From Lama guanicoe (lineage: Eukaryota), in contig MU055356.1 in the NCBI GenBank assembly GCA_013239625.1, forward strand, positions 3,612,575 through 3,676,574: DNA of 64,000 bases, read 5' to 3'. A program made the position numbers and the translations under genes. The notes under the pieces were generated by a model that was not told where the DNA came from, did not search any database, and worked only from the letters and a program-made list of their open reading frames with translations. This document shows, one piece after another, positions 1 through 13,308 of this stretch. Each line of letters opens with the position of its first letter. Positions within the stretch are counted from its first letter, which is position 1.

Positions 1-60
1 TACATACATATATTCGTTTTCATATTATTTTTCATTAAAGGTTATTACAAGATATTGAAC
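1..60 (-). mobile_element. Camelid-type L1 3'UTR fragment (continues outside the window)
   Basis: Reverse complement matches the L1 tail at 29221-29270 (AATAACCTTTAATGAAAA...AATATATGTATGTA). Confidence 0.8.
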
Positions 61-3000
61 GGCAGTGTCTCTTGGCAAGAGATGAATCACAGTGTTTGAG
101 GGAGGTGAGGGTGGGAAAAATCCTGGGATGGGCAGTCTCCTTTGTGTTCCACTGAACAGATGTACACTCATGTGGTGTGAATTGAGGGGTACACAAGAAA
201 GATCGTCCCGATTGCATTTCTTTCTTGTCCACGTAGTCCCTGGCCCTTTGTGCACAGGAGGCCCTCCCACACCACACAGCAACCCGGGGAGAGAAGAGAG
301 CCGTGGCCAATAGCACCAGGCCCTGGAGTTCCTTGAGGACCACCTTCTCCCTTGTCCTCTAAATCAATGACCCCCCGTTCTTGCCGTCCAACTCCGAGGG
401 TGGGACGGGCACTTGAGGCAGCGCATCCCACAGGAGGGAAGGCACAGAGTTGAGATGCAGCCTGTGGGGGAGCCACCAGGGGCTCAGTGTCCCTCTACGC
501 TAAGGGATGTGCTGACTTGGTGACTTCAATGGAAAGAGCAGGACCTAATGTATGGTGGTTCGGGACAGCAGCACCTGCTCTCAGAACAAGGCTGGCCCAC
601 ATCAGCTCCAGTGCGTTAAAAGCCCACCGCCTCGGTCAGCTGGAATAAATTTCACCCACCAATGGGACTGGAACACCGGTAGGGGGCAGGAAGAGAAGGG
701 CAGGGGGAACATCTTGAAACGTGTCATGCCCTACCACTGGAGACAAGCTGAGACAGAAACACAGCAGCAGTGCAGCTGAGGAAAGACAAAGGATCTGCCC
801 TCACCCTGGACCCAGGTGCAGAGATGAAGACGGACCCACAGAGGGGCTCCGGTGGACACGGACACCTCGAACCAGTCTGAGAAGGGCTCGCTGCTCTGAG
901 GGCGAGTGCCACGTGGAGTCTGCCCAAGAGAGATGCAGAGAGACAAAGGGACGGCAGAGGCTTCATCCTGGAGCTGCAAGCTTCATGCCGGGCTGCACAG
1001 CTCTCTGACAGCTTGCAACTGGCAGACACATCTGCTTGTGCTGGAGCAGGGAAAGGGGATCCTGAGATGAAAGGGCTGGGCATGTCTGAGCACAGAGCAC
1101 TGGCTGAGCCGACTGCTCCTGTCAACCAGAGCTGAACTCCCAGCTTCCTTGTGAAGACCAGATCTGCTGACAGTAGTTCTCAAGGCTGTGAATTCAACTG
1201 AACGGCGGAGACGATATAAGCAAACATAAGATACCAGGACAGAAGAATGTAATCAGTAATGAGAGTGAGTAATCATTAACCCAAGGTGCAATCATTGTGC
1301 GCCAGCTGTAGGCACAGCCCAGAACAAGAGAGGCAGTAAGGAGAGAAGATGCATATCACAGGACAGGGTCTTAACCTAGACAGGGAAGCCACTGTTACAC
1401 AGGTCAGGAGATGGGGGAGGAGGGTTTTCTCTATACAGGGGAAATCAAGAATTAATGGTGAAAGAACAAGGACTTAAGTTTATTCCAGTTTTTCCAAGAA
1501 AATTTCCTCCATTTTTCCTCACCCCAAAAGTTTCAGAATTTACTGAGGAATGGATGCAGGAGTCACACCAGGATCAATTCATCAGCTTTGTTACTAGTAA
1601 AGCTGGATCAGAAGATGTAGCTAGTACCTGAGGTCACAATCAAGGCATCCTGCTTCCCTACACCCACCCCAAACTGCAGGCTCTTCCCAAGGCAGAGGTG
1701 GCCTGCCCTGTTCAATTGCCACAAGGGGCAAAGAACAAGTCCTGCCTGCAGGCAGAGTGGGGCTGATGGGAAGAAAGCGTGGCGGGCAGGGGAGGGGAGG
1801 CTGAGCCACACAAAGTCAGTTACCTTCCCTCAATTATGCAATCAAATAAGTCCCCTTTTCTGTTGGGAAGGGGCTGAAAGGAAGGCTGAAAGTCTTCTCC
1901 CTTCCCAGAATTTCCAGAAGGACAGATGTTTTTATTCTATGGGGCTCAGAAGGGATGCCTGGAAAAGGAAGAAAATTATCTTCCTTGCATTGTACTGGCG
2001 TATACTGCCAGATCATACATTTTGATATTTAGAAGAAAAATTCTAATTCCTCAGTGAGCTAGAAGAAAGCCTAAAGATCATCTGGTCCAGTGTCTTCAAA
2101 GTTTTCCTTTTAATTGCTGAACAATTTCTTCAAGTATAAAACACAAAAGACAGAACAGTTTCGGCTGAAAGGAGCCAAAGGGAAGAGGTGTGGAAAGTCC
2201 AGGCTGGGCCCATGAAGACACCCCTCCTGTGCCCTCCCCAGCAGCCACCCACAGGTGACTCAGAGGAGCCTAGGACTTCACGCTATAGCTTCTAAACCTC
2301 TGAAGTGGTTTACTGGGCTGGGAAAACGCTAACCAGAGAAGTCACGTGACTGCCCCGAATTGCGCCAGCTGAGTCAGTGGTGGAGATGGGGCTACGACAA
2401 CCCATCACGGCGTCCTTCACCTTGACAAGGACTTGAAAACAACACAAAGAGTTTCAGCTTACTGGGAAGGGATCCTTATTAGCACTGGCCTCAGTTCTCT
2501 TTCTACCACCATCCATCCCACCTAGTGATGTCCACAGGGCTGAGTGGAGGCTGCACTTAGAGCTCACACGGAACACTGTCATTGCTGCTGGCAGAGATCT
2601 TTACAAAAGGGTAAATAATTATTATCAGGATGGATCAACTGGAGAAAAAAAGATAAATGGCGCTTCCAAGGTGACTTCCAGCACCAGAGTTCAAATGTGT
2701 CTTTCTGTCTCTCCTTCCAGAAGAGACGGGTCAACAAAGATAACAGGAGTCTGTCCCAGTAGGGAACTGCTGGACGGAACTGACCGTCCTCACTGTAGCC
2801 CTGGCCTTCCATGAGGAAGGGGTGGTGAAGGGGGTGTTTCTAAGCCAGAAGGATAAAACCCATTTGGCTACTGAAGACAGAATTAGGTTGAATCATATGA
2901 AATCAAGTGAAATGAAAACATTGAACCATATGGGTTTTTTGGGGGTATTTTTGTGTGTTTTTTTTTTTTTTTTCCAAATAATTTGACTGCTTATATACAA

Positions 3001-5210
3001 TATATTACATGTAAGTATATTGAATCATATATTTTTATAAATCATAAATGGCTAAATATTGGCTGTTTTGTATGTTTCTGCCTATATTTCACTGATCTGA
3101 TCCCCAAACAACATGAACCTTCCAGTATTCTAGGTAATATGCTGTGGCCCATGTTCATCCCTGATTCTGTTTCTTTCTTTCTTTTTTTTTTTTTTTGGTT
3201 GGTGGTTTTCTTATTTTTTTAAAAGCCAACTTTGATCCCATCAATGTGTTTCTTAGGAAAACTGTAAACTGCTTATACATTCTCTTAAACATCACAGTGA
3301 AAAACAGGTACCCGTTTATGTGACAGGGCAGGCAGAGGGCTCCACCTGAGCTGTCCTTGGCAAAGGCCCTTGGCCACGTGGGTGAAAATGCCAGCTTCGC
3401 TTTGGCACAGAGACCCATGTCATGTCACCCCACTAGAGCACCGGTGGACCCCAAAGGCAGGGCAGGGGGAGGAGTGATTCTGCTTCTTAACTTTGGACAA
3501 GGACCAGAAAGAATGGTGCGGCCATTGGCTTCAGGTCATGTGAGTGCTACCAAGAATGATGAGCCCGTCAGCCATTGTCTCAAGCCCTCCCTCTCCCTAA
3601 CACGGGCTCCTGTCCATCCGCCTCCTTCCCCCGACCCTGAGTTCACACCCACACACCTATATCCCACAGAGACTGCACCGAGACTGCCAACTGATTCCAT
3701 TCCGATTACTGAATGCTTACAACACAAAACAACTTTCACTGCTGTCGCAGGTCACAGGAGAGTCAAGAACCAGAGTTTGGTATCTCTGCATGTGATCACT
3801 TAGCCTTCCCAAGAACATTATCAGAAGTATGTGAGAACACACTTATCTCCATTATCCCTCTCTTGGTTGTAACTGGGGTATAATCCCTGCAAAGCACATG
3901 CACGGTTCAAAAAGCCACGCTGTGAGTGTCAGGGGAAATCATATCATCGCATGTTGGCAAGCCAGAATATCACTATTACTAAACGCCCTTTCCAAAACAA
4001 AGTGGGGTAAAAACTGCTGGAAGGGAGATTCGAACATCAAACAGGAGTGATGGGCTTATCGTCCTTGCGCTACATCACAGGGTGACCTCTGCAGACTGGA
4101 AATTGGGTTACATCAACAAACCTTTCACTTTAAAGTGTGAGATGAAAGAGTGCCTCCCCTAACTTTTTGCAGTATTACGGGCTCAGGTTTAAAGTAAGTA
4201 TGCAGCCAGGTACCCGTGTCCCATTTCACTCTGGGATATTGACATGCATGTGAAAACCCAAGCCTTTGAAACTGAGCCTTTCATATTTCGAACAAAAACC
4301 CAAAACGCACTCTGCCGCAAAGACCTGAAGGAGAGAGGAGGTAAGATGATAAAGGGGAAGCCTTTACACACGGAACATTTCTGAATTCTCCTGCCACGGG
4401 CCGTAACTCAAGTCCGCTAATGCAGAGCTTCGTTCAGATAACTGACGTGCTTTGTTTGCTTTTCCTCGATACCAAGGCTCACCTGCCTTGTAAAGATTCC
4501 AAAAAGTCAGTGATGTGTTGCCAAAGCAAGGAAAATTATTTATTTAACGGAAGCAGCCTTCCTTAAGATCAATTCAATTGTAGTCCTAGAGCGCCACCCC
4601 ACCCCACCCAACAGTACCCGCTTGTCATTTATTTATTTAGCTGCACTGGTTTCTCTGTTGCCTCAGTAAACCCCCAAGCAAGCAGTGAAGAGCTCACATA
4701 TTAGACTCAAGCTTCGTTAACCCTTTGCCAATGATCTCTTTATGTTTTCCTGCAATATTCCAAAAGGAAAATGTCTCTTCCCTGTCCTTTAAAATTTTAG
4801 TAGTAGTGTATTTTTGACCTAGAGGTTAACAGGTACCGAGCCGTATAGCTCATCCTCTGGTTTAATCAACAAGTACATATACAGGAAACGGAGGGCTACA
4901 GACAGAGGATGTCTCGACTTCCTATAAATTGTTTTAAGCAAGGTCCCAAATTCTACCCAGTCGTCACCTTCAGGTTAAGGTACAGGAAGGGTTAAGGGTT
5001 ACATCACAAAGGGCATTTGAACTCCTCATAAACAGGGATGAAAGGCGATCTGCTAAATATCTGATGATGTAAAACCGTAGTAAGACACAAAAATGCCCTA
5101 ATATTTTTAAAACCTTGAAAACATCTCCAGCCCCAGGTCCTTCCTTGGCATCCAGCCAGGCTCTGGTCCCCTTTACCAGGAACACAGCCTGGGGATGCAT
5201 TACCCTTCCT

Positions 5211-5342
5211 NNNNNNNNNNNNNNNNNNNNNNNNNNNNNNNNNNNNNNNNNNNNNNNNNNNNNNNNNNNNNNNNNNNNNNNNNNNNNNNNNNNNNNNNNN
5301 NNNNNNNNNNNNNNNNNNNNNNNNNNNNNNNNNNNNNNNNNN
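5211..5342. other. Assembly gap (also 38409-38572, 38848-39094, 41065-41220, 41257-41412, 59753-59932)
   Basis: Runs of N. Confidence 1.
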
Positions 5343-8300
5343 TACTTGATGAGAGGAATTTTGTGTGTGTGTGTGTGTGTTTTTTTAAATTCAGCATTCC
5401 AGTAATGTGAAACCACTGTTTAAGGTAGAAAATCATTTTTCAATCTCAGGAAACATCATTACTAGCTGCCAAAAGTCGATCCATATAATAAGAACTATTT
5501 GCTAATGCTGAACACCTGCACTTTTATAGATAGCCTCTCAGGACAGCTGGAGCTGACTCTTCGGGTCTACTGATACAGGAGCCAAGCGAAAACACAAAAC
5601 TGCAGATAAGGATGCTCGCTGAATTAGCCATGCATGCATCCACACGAAGTCTAGTATATTTATTGGTGGACTCTGATAGTCATTAGACACAATAAAGAGC
5701 ACACAAAATATGTCCGGGATAAGGATCCCAGCTGCTAGAAGCTTACATCTTGAGGTGGTAGGATACACAAATCAAAACATACTAAAGGTATAAACATATA
5801 TTATGCTTATGGAAGCCATGTGTAAATATTTATCTCACTTCCCATGGTTAGTTTTAGCTTTGGGGGCTTCATTGTTTGATTTTTCTGACTTAGTGGGTTT
5901 AATGGGAAAAGACAGCCGCCAGAAGTTGGAAGGAAGGGTTCATCAAGAAGGCGCAAGCATTGTTTTCTACTCCTCTGAAATGAAGAGTTTCCAGCAAGCA
6001 TCTTAGGGAGAGTTTACACATTCTCACATACGTATTCAAACACAGGGAGGCTGACTCTTAACAGCTTTTCCACTGCAGTGGTCCCCTCTAACCAACCCAA
6101 CGAGAGCCAGAGAAAGAAGTTCTTAATATCATTACTACACATAATAAAAACATTTATTGAGCACCTACTGAGAGCCAGGAACTGAATGCAATCCTTTGTA
6201 AACACTAACTTCAATGCTTACAGCATCTATGTCATGCTTCTTCTTTGGCCAGCGTTTAATTAGCACTGACTTTCTGCCAGGCATTGTACCGGAAACATAG
6301 CATTTAGTGCAGGAGACGTGGTGCTGCCCTTGCAGGTTTCAGTCTAGCCAGGAAGACATACATCCAAGGAGTACTAACAAGTAAAACTTGCATTACTAAC
6401 AAGCAGAATAGAACGCTAGGGAACACAAGCTAGACCTGACCAAGTGGAACAAATTCTGAAGACTGCACAAAAATACCTGCTGAAGAATCACATCCATCCC
6501 CCAAACTTTGTCATCCCACTCCTCACCCAATCCAATCTTGATATCTTGATATTTCTATTTAAAACACCCCATCAGTTTTCTTTGGTTGACTGTGATTCCA
6601 GCAGATTAGTAAGATGAGAGGGACTGGAAGAGCTCTTAAATGCAAATAAAAGATAACATACTTTTCTTCCCTTAGAAAAATTCCAAGGTTTTCTAATGCC
6701 CTCCTCTCTAGCACACATATCCTACCTCTGTCTTCAAAACACTTCATTACTCCCAACCGTGACCCTTTAATCTCCATCACCTTTCCCCAAGGTTCTTTGC
6801 CATTCTAGGCCCTGCATCCCTACTCCATCCTTTCCCTAATGCACACTCCTCTCCCCTCCTCCCTCACTGACCCCTACAGCATCTTTGCACACTAGGACTG
6901 AACAACCTCCAAAGGCAGAAAGTACAAATCCATGTCATTCTCAGGTCCTAGGGCCTTTTCTCACTCAGAGCAGAACTTTTCTGGAAGCAGTCTAATGCAG
7001 CTCTCTCCACCTTGAGACATGTGCTTGGTCACTTTGGTCTTGAGATTTTTCAAAAGCAGACACAAGAAAAGTGCCAAGATTAGCACAAAGTGCCAAATTA
7101 TCCAAAACTCTTCAGTATGCACACGATGAATGATCACATGGGAGTGATCTATCTAGTTACGGCCTCTCCTCCTCTCTTTCATCAAGAAAGTATTTCAGAA
7201 TGGAAGCAAGAATAATGTTCTTAAAAGGAAAACTTGGAATCTGTTCTAATTTTTTTGACTACACTGCTCTAAAATTTTACTTAACTAGTAGTGAGCAATT
7301 ATCTACACTCAAAACACACCTCACAACCGAGGCATCGTGGTTATAAACCTGCCACCCAAAATAAGTGCAAGATGTTTGAAGACGATGGCTGACTACCTTG
7401 CCTTCTAAAGGCAATTGACTCTTACTTTTAAGGGAATTTCCTGTTCAATAGAGATAAACTACTAAAACAGGGACCCACATGAGCTTTTTTGTGGCACGTT
7501 ATCTGAAGGCATGAATAGGTCTATAAGATTCAACACATATGTGCAAGGCTTTACCTCATAGCATTTTCTGAGAAGTTCAAGCAGCATCACCAGAGATAAC
7601 AATAATGCTGTCAAATACTCCCAAATACTCTGAAAGAGTCAGAAGGAGAAACACCAGGATAGCAAGCCCAAAGCTGTCCTTTCCACATTGGCTGATTACG
7701 TTAAATTTTACATCTACTAAACTGTGCCTTTGAAAGAATCTTCTGATCAGTGTACCACATTCGCAAAGGAGTACATTTAGTACTGTTAGCATAATAATCA
7801 GTTAGTTAGCAGGGGGATGTTATCAGTGTCATAAAACTATGGAAACCATGGAGGTAAATATATTTGAACATTTGTCAGGATCCTCAATTAGTGACAAAAC
7901 AGGAAGAAACCACGCTCTGGCATTCCTTGTAAAGGACCATCACATAGAAATGGGGCTAGCCACTTTGCTAAGACTAGTGAGCCATGTTAGAGAATGAACA
8001 CAAATATATAAGAAAGACATTTTTCTTTCTGGGAAAGGCCCAGGGTCTGAAGCCACACAAATGATCCCAGGGCTGAGTAACCCCACCATTCATTATTAAA
8101 CACTTCTTTCTCTATTACCTTTCGGAGATGCTGACTCCGCTGTCTCAGACACACTCCTCCTTGATACCAGATATTGAATTCAAATGTTTTGGTGGAGGTT
8201 CCAGGTGTGGCAAGACCATAAAGGTTCTGGATCTGCTGCTCCCTAGGTGGTCAGCCTGAACACACTTCTCACCAAGTCCCAGTGTAACTCTGTGAGTCAC

Positions 8301-8769
8301 TGAGGATATCTGCCTCTTCCTGCCCGTGATGAATAGAAAGAGGAAGCTGGGTTTAGAAACTGAAAATCTCCATTATAACTTCCCTTCTCGTGAGTTTTCC
8401 CTGGAGTGAAACAAAATTTCACTCATCAAACGTAAATGGAAAACGTTTGCTCCATCAGTCATCCTTATGGTATAATTAGCTCCCCTGTTGGGTCGCTCAG
8501 CAAATAAAACTGGAAATAGCTTATTGCAAACTTTTCGAGACCTTCTAGCCCAGTGCTAGCAAAAGTCAGCACTCCTTTCATTAGTAACATTTGCCTTTAC
8601 CTGTACCTTCGTGAAAGGTAATATGCCTTTACCTTCAGGAAATCCCTACCAAGACGGGGAAGAGTTAGGACTCCATATCTTGCATGAACACTTTTGGAAC
8701 ATACATGTATCGAGAAGGAATATTTTAAATACTTTCAGAAGAAAATAGTTAGGCACTGATTAATTAGAA

Positions 8770-9008
8770 TGTGTTGTGGTGGTAAAATATACATAACATA
8801 AAATGTACCCTTTTAACCATTTTAAGTGTACAATTTGGCATTCACAGTGATCTGCAACCACCACTGCTATCATTTCCGGAACTTCTTCACCACCCCAGAA
8901 AGAAACTGTACCCATTAAACAATAACTCTCCATTCTCCCCTGCCTCCAGCCCTGGCAACCTCTGTTTTGTCTCTCTATGAGTTTGCCTACTCTATGCATA
9001 ATGTACAT
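8770..9008 (-). mobile_element. L1MB-type 3'UTR fragment
   Basis: GTGGTAAAATATACATAACATAAAAT...CCCCAGAAAGAAACTGTACCCATTAAACAATAACTCTCCATTCTCCCC...CCAGCCCTGGCAACC pattern. Confidence 0.85.
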
Positions 9009-9034
9009 ACAAGGACCATAGGGTTTTAATGTCT

Positions 9035-9195
9035 GTAATTCTTTGACAGTCTAATTTCTCTTCCCTTGAATATGGGTCTGCCAGAGTGACTCACTTCTAA
9101 TGAACAGAATGAGGATAAAGTGGCCCTGGGTGACTTCAACACTAGGTCACAAAGATGATACAGCTATACATACCATTCCACCTGGCTTCCTCTCT
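9035..9195 (+). mobile_element. MLT1-type (MaLR) LTR fragment
   Basis: CCCTTGAAT...GTGACTCACTTCTAATGAACAGAATG...GTGACTTC...CTAGGTCA motif of MLT1 LTRs. Confidence 0.6.
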
Positions 9196-11753
9196 CATAA
9201 TTTTTCATTTATTCCTTTTCTTTCCTTCCTTCTTTCTTCCCTTCCTTTCTCTCTCCTTCTTTCTTCCTCAATATTTGATAAAACGTACTCAATTCTATTT
9301 CCCATTTTATTAACTATTGCCTCTACTGTATCAAACCTATTATTTACTTTCTTGATTAGACATTTTTTCAATTTTTAATCTATATGAAAAATTCACGTGT
9401 AAGACTTCTAATGGGTTCTTAGCTGCATTCATTCGTGCTAGTTTCAATTTTTTTTTCGCTTTTTACTCCTCTTACTGCTTAATTTGGATACTAGTTCCTT
9501 GTACTCTTTCAAAAATACATAAAATATTTTATTGAAATCATTTGACAAATGCTTGATTATTTCTAACGTCTCAAATGTAATTTCTCCCACTTGTTGGATA
9601 TTCTTGCTCTGCCATCGTCTTGAATTTCTGCATAGTCTTAAATTTGGGCTTTGTGAATTCTTGTTGCCAATGAAATCTTGTTTGTTTGGGTTTTTTGTTT
9701 TGTTTTGTTTTTATCTCTTTCTAAACTCACCTCCATAGAGTGTGGACAGTTTCACAATTGTCTCAGCCTGACCTGAGAGTCCACAGCTCAGAACTAGGTC
9801 TTATTCTAGGAGTCTGGGACACTGCCCAGCGGGGAGCCGACAGTTCCAGTCTGCATTGTGGCAAATGGAGTCGTTATTGGAAAATCCACTGGAATGAGCA
9901 AGTGGCTCATTCCTCTCCCACCCAGGTTGTTTCTAAATCAGCCCCTGACATCTGAGAGGACACAGGCCGCTGTGACTCACCATGCTGGGTACACTTAGTC
10001 CCTCCCGGGGCTGGGACTACTGCTCCCACTTTCCAGTTTTAGAGCTGGGTACTTCAGCTCCTGCTCACCATGTGGATTTCCATTCTGTTTTTGTTCATTA
10101 GATAGTTTCATTTTAAATTCTGCTTTTAGTGAAACTCTACTTTTTTTAAAAAAAAAAAAAGTTTTTTTTTTCAATTTTCCCTGTTCCAAATGGATAGGGA
10201 GGTACACCCACTCTGCCATCTTGACCACAGAAGAAAAAATTCGAAATAAAAGGAATGCTTTCTTGTCCTCAATTTTGAATGAAAATTTCTATAATTTTCA
10301 TACTTAAAAATTCCATCTTTATTACGAAGAGAAGGTAAAGTGAGCCGACAGCTGCATAAAATGATGTATTTGCTCTAATAAAGAGCTGATAATAATACTA
10401 TGAAACAAGTGTTCTGGAGAATGCAGGGGCCTGAGGAATATTTGATTCAGTCCTAGTACTACCAAAAGAATGCAACTTTTAAACATACGAGTATATTTAT
10501 GTACAAGCAGAAGGTATGCAGAAAATCACACATGTTACATCCTCAGATGGGCAATGGACTTTTTGCAAATCTTTGCAACTCTGTTTAGGAGCCTTTACAT
10601 CTTTTAAATGACTGAATTTTGCTTTACATTCAGAGCATCAACAAGCTCCTAGGCCAGTGAGAACTGGCTCTTCAGCTCTTCTAATGTTCAAAGACAAGTT
10701 CCAATTGCCTGAGTTTGCACCAAGCACCTGCTAAAAGGTACCGTTTTCCCAGCTGGAGGTGCAGATAACTTGACAGACACACTGACAATAGACTTCATAT
10801 GAACACTTGTCTACATGTCGGCTCATTGCGAGCAAACTGTAGTATGTTCAAAAACCCTGAATTGAGTCAGCCCATTTTAGGGTACGCTTGTCTTTCTGCA
10901 AACAGGTCAGTTTCTACATATGGTATGTACCATTTATAGAAAGTTTATTTTCTTAAAAAAAAAAGGACAGATGCTCTTTAAATCCTTAATATTAAGTATT
11001 AAATAGATTTAAAAGAAAAAATGCAGATACTTTTGATTTTGACTTTATTAAAGCATGTCTATACAGGAACCCAGAGGCAAAGTTACTGAGTACCTTCAAC
11101 AGGTGATATAAAGACGGAGTAAGACACACACAATTGCTCCTCTAGCTGATTTTATAATATTTATAAATAGTTGTTTTATAATATGTGATGAAACCCTTCT
11201 ACGTCAGTCTCTCTCTCTCTGTCTCTGTCTCTCTACCTCTGTCTCTGTCTCTCTCTGTCATGGTTTGTGAAGATATTCTCCTACAGATACACTTTTTTTT
11301 AATTAGCTGAAGAGAACTCTCTTTACAATGCAGGCTGTAGCCAGACTTGTGAACTATGCAGGTTACTGACAGTAACTTTAGTGTAATTTAGAAATACTGT
11401 CATCCTGAAATTTCAAGAGAATTCATAAGCTAGTCATTATTGCTTAATATTTCTACAGGAGAGATTCTAAATCTATTTTTTAAGGATGCAGAGAGAAATA
11501 AATCATATTTTCAAAAATGTATGTGTGGATGACATATAGTCGACTCTCCTCAAATGTTTTTTAAATGAATTAATATAATTTTACACACTCTGTGTGGGAA
11601 CAACTATGTAACTTATTTTCCTTCTTGCTCAGGCATAGAAGGGCAAGAAAGTCAAAAGGAAGGAGGTGGTGGCGCAGCTCCACAGTTCTTTTTCATGTGT
11701 GCCTAGTTTATCTTTATGCTGACGGAGGGTGACTAGGATGTGAAAAGTGAGAT

Positions 11754-11845
11754 GTGGCACGTATACTAAAATTGGAACGAAACCGAGAAGATAAGCATGA
11801 CCCTCTGTAAGGATGACATGCAAATCTGTGAAGCGTTCCATATTT
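11754..11845 (+). pseudogene. RNU6 (pseudogene): U6 snRNA retropseudogene (5' part of a U6/L1 chimera)
   Basis: GCACGTATACTAAAATTGGAACGAAACCGAGAAGATAAGCATGACCCTCTGTAAGGATGACATGCAAATCTGTGAAGCGTTCCATATTT matches U6 with multiple substitutions, including in the ACAGAGA box. Confidence 0.95.
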
Positions 11846-12325
11846 GTCTATATAGTGGAATATTACTCAGCCATAAAAAAGAATAAAATGACATTTTCAG
11901 CAACATGGATGGACCTAGAGGTTATCATACTAAGTGAAGTAAGTCAGACAATGATGAATATTATATGATATCCCTTATATGTGCAATCTAAAAAAATGAA
12001 ACAAATGAACTTATTTACAAACCAGAAAAAATAGATTCACAGACACAGAAAACAAACTTATGGTTACCAAAGCAGGGATGGGGGAGGGACAAATTAGGAG
12101 TTTGGGATTGGCAGATACAAACTATATAAAACAGATAAGCAACAAGGACCTGTTGTATAGCACAGGGAACTATATTCAGTATCTTGTAATAACCTCTAAT
12201 GGAAAGAATCTGAAAAAGAATTTATTATATATATAGGTATGTATAGCTGAATCACCTTGTTGTACACATGAAACTAACACAACACTATAAATCAACTCTA
12301 TTTCAACTGAAGAAAAAGAAAGAAA
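11846..12325 (+). mobile_element. L1 3' end (cetartiodactyl-type 3'UTR), fused to U6
   Basis: TGGAATATTACTCAGCCATAAAAAAGAAT...CAACATGGATGGACCTAGAG...TATAGCACAGGGAACTATATTCAGTATCTTGTAATAACC..., ending in an A-rich tail. Confidence 0.9.
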
Positions 12326-12387
12326 GTTAAGTGTACAAGGATGAATGCCTGATCTGCAAAACCCATGACAACCACAGAACACTTAAT

Positions 12388-13308
12388 ATGCAGAAGATAT
12401 TCAAATGACCAACAAGTACATGAAAAGGTACTCAACATCACTGGTTATTAGAGAAATGCAAATCAACACAATGATAGATCACCTCACATCTGTTAGAATG
12501 ACCATCATCAAAACAAAAACAAAAACAAAAACAAAAATAACCCCCAAAAAACAACAGATAACAAATGCTGGTGAGAATATGGGGGAAAGGGAACCCTTGT
12601 GCACTGTTTTTGGTAAACTGATATAGTCACTACAGAAAACAGTATGGAAGTTCCTCAAAAAATTAAAAATAGAACTACCATATGATCCATCAATTCCACT
12701 TTGGGTATATATTCAAAAATAACAAAACCACTGTCCGAAAGATACCTGCACCCCCACATTCACTGCAGTATTATTTACAATAGCCAAGACATGAGAACTA
12801 CCTAAGAGTCCATCAGTGAGTAAGTGGATAAAGAACATGTCAATACTAAAAAGCAGGAAGTTGTGCCATTTGAGACAACATGGATGGACCTTGAAGGCGT
12901 TATGCTAAGTGAAACAAGCTAGACAGACAAAGACAAGCACTGTAGGATCTCTCTTATATGTGGAATCTAAAAAACCAAACTTGTAGAAAAAGAGATCAGA
13001 GTTGGGGTTGCCAGGAGTGGGAGGTGGTGGGTGAGGGTATTGGGTCAAGGTGGCAAAAGGCACAAACTTCCAACTATAAGATTGTATTTTTGAAAGTTGC
13101 TAAGACACTAGATCTTAAAAGTTCCCACGCAAAGGAAAAAAAATGTAATTATGTGAGGTGATGGATGTTAACTAAACCTATGGCAATCACTTCATGATAT
13201 ATATTTATATATGTATCAACTCGTTATGTTGTATACCTTAAACTAATATAATGTTAGATATTAATCAGTTCTCAATAAAACTGGGGAAAATTCAAAAAAT
13301 AAAAAAAG
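12388..13308 (+). mobile_element. Older 5'-truncated L1 (L1MA-like): ORF2 C-terminus remnant plus 3'UTR
   Basis: ORF 12405-12626 [20 protein letters not shown]...[17 protein letters not shown] resembles L1 ORF2; typical 3'UTR, AATAAA and A tail. Confidence 0.9.

Noticed and set aside
2697-2825. Strong plus-strand acceptor (ctttctgtctctccttccAG)
   Set aside because: Isolated, weak donor, no partner exons or convincing frame.
25-3803. Dense overlapping ORFs of 60-148 aa in the first 4 kb
   Set aside because: Expected from higher GC content; no recognisable domains or splice chain.
11754-11845. Functional U6 gene
   Set aside because: Many substitutions including the ACAGAGA box, 5' stem-loop lost, fused to L1, no evident PSE/TATA.
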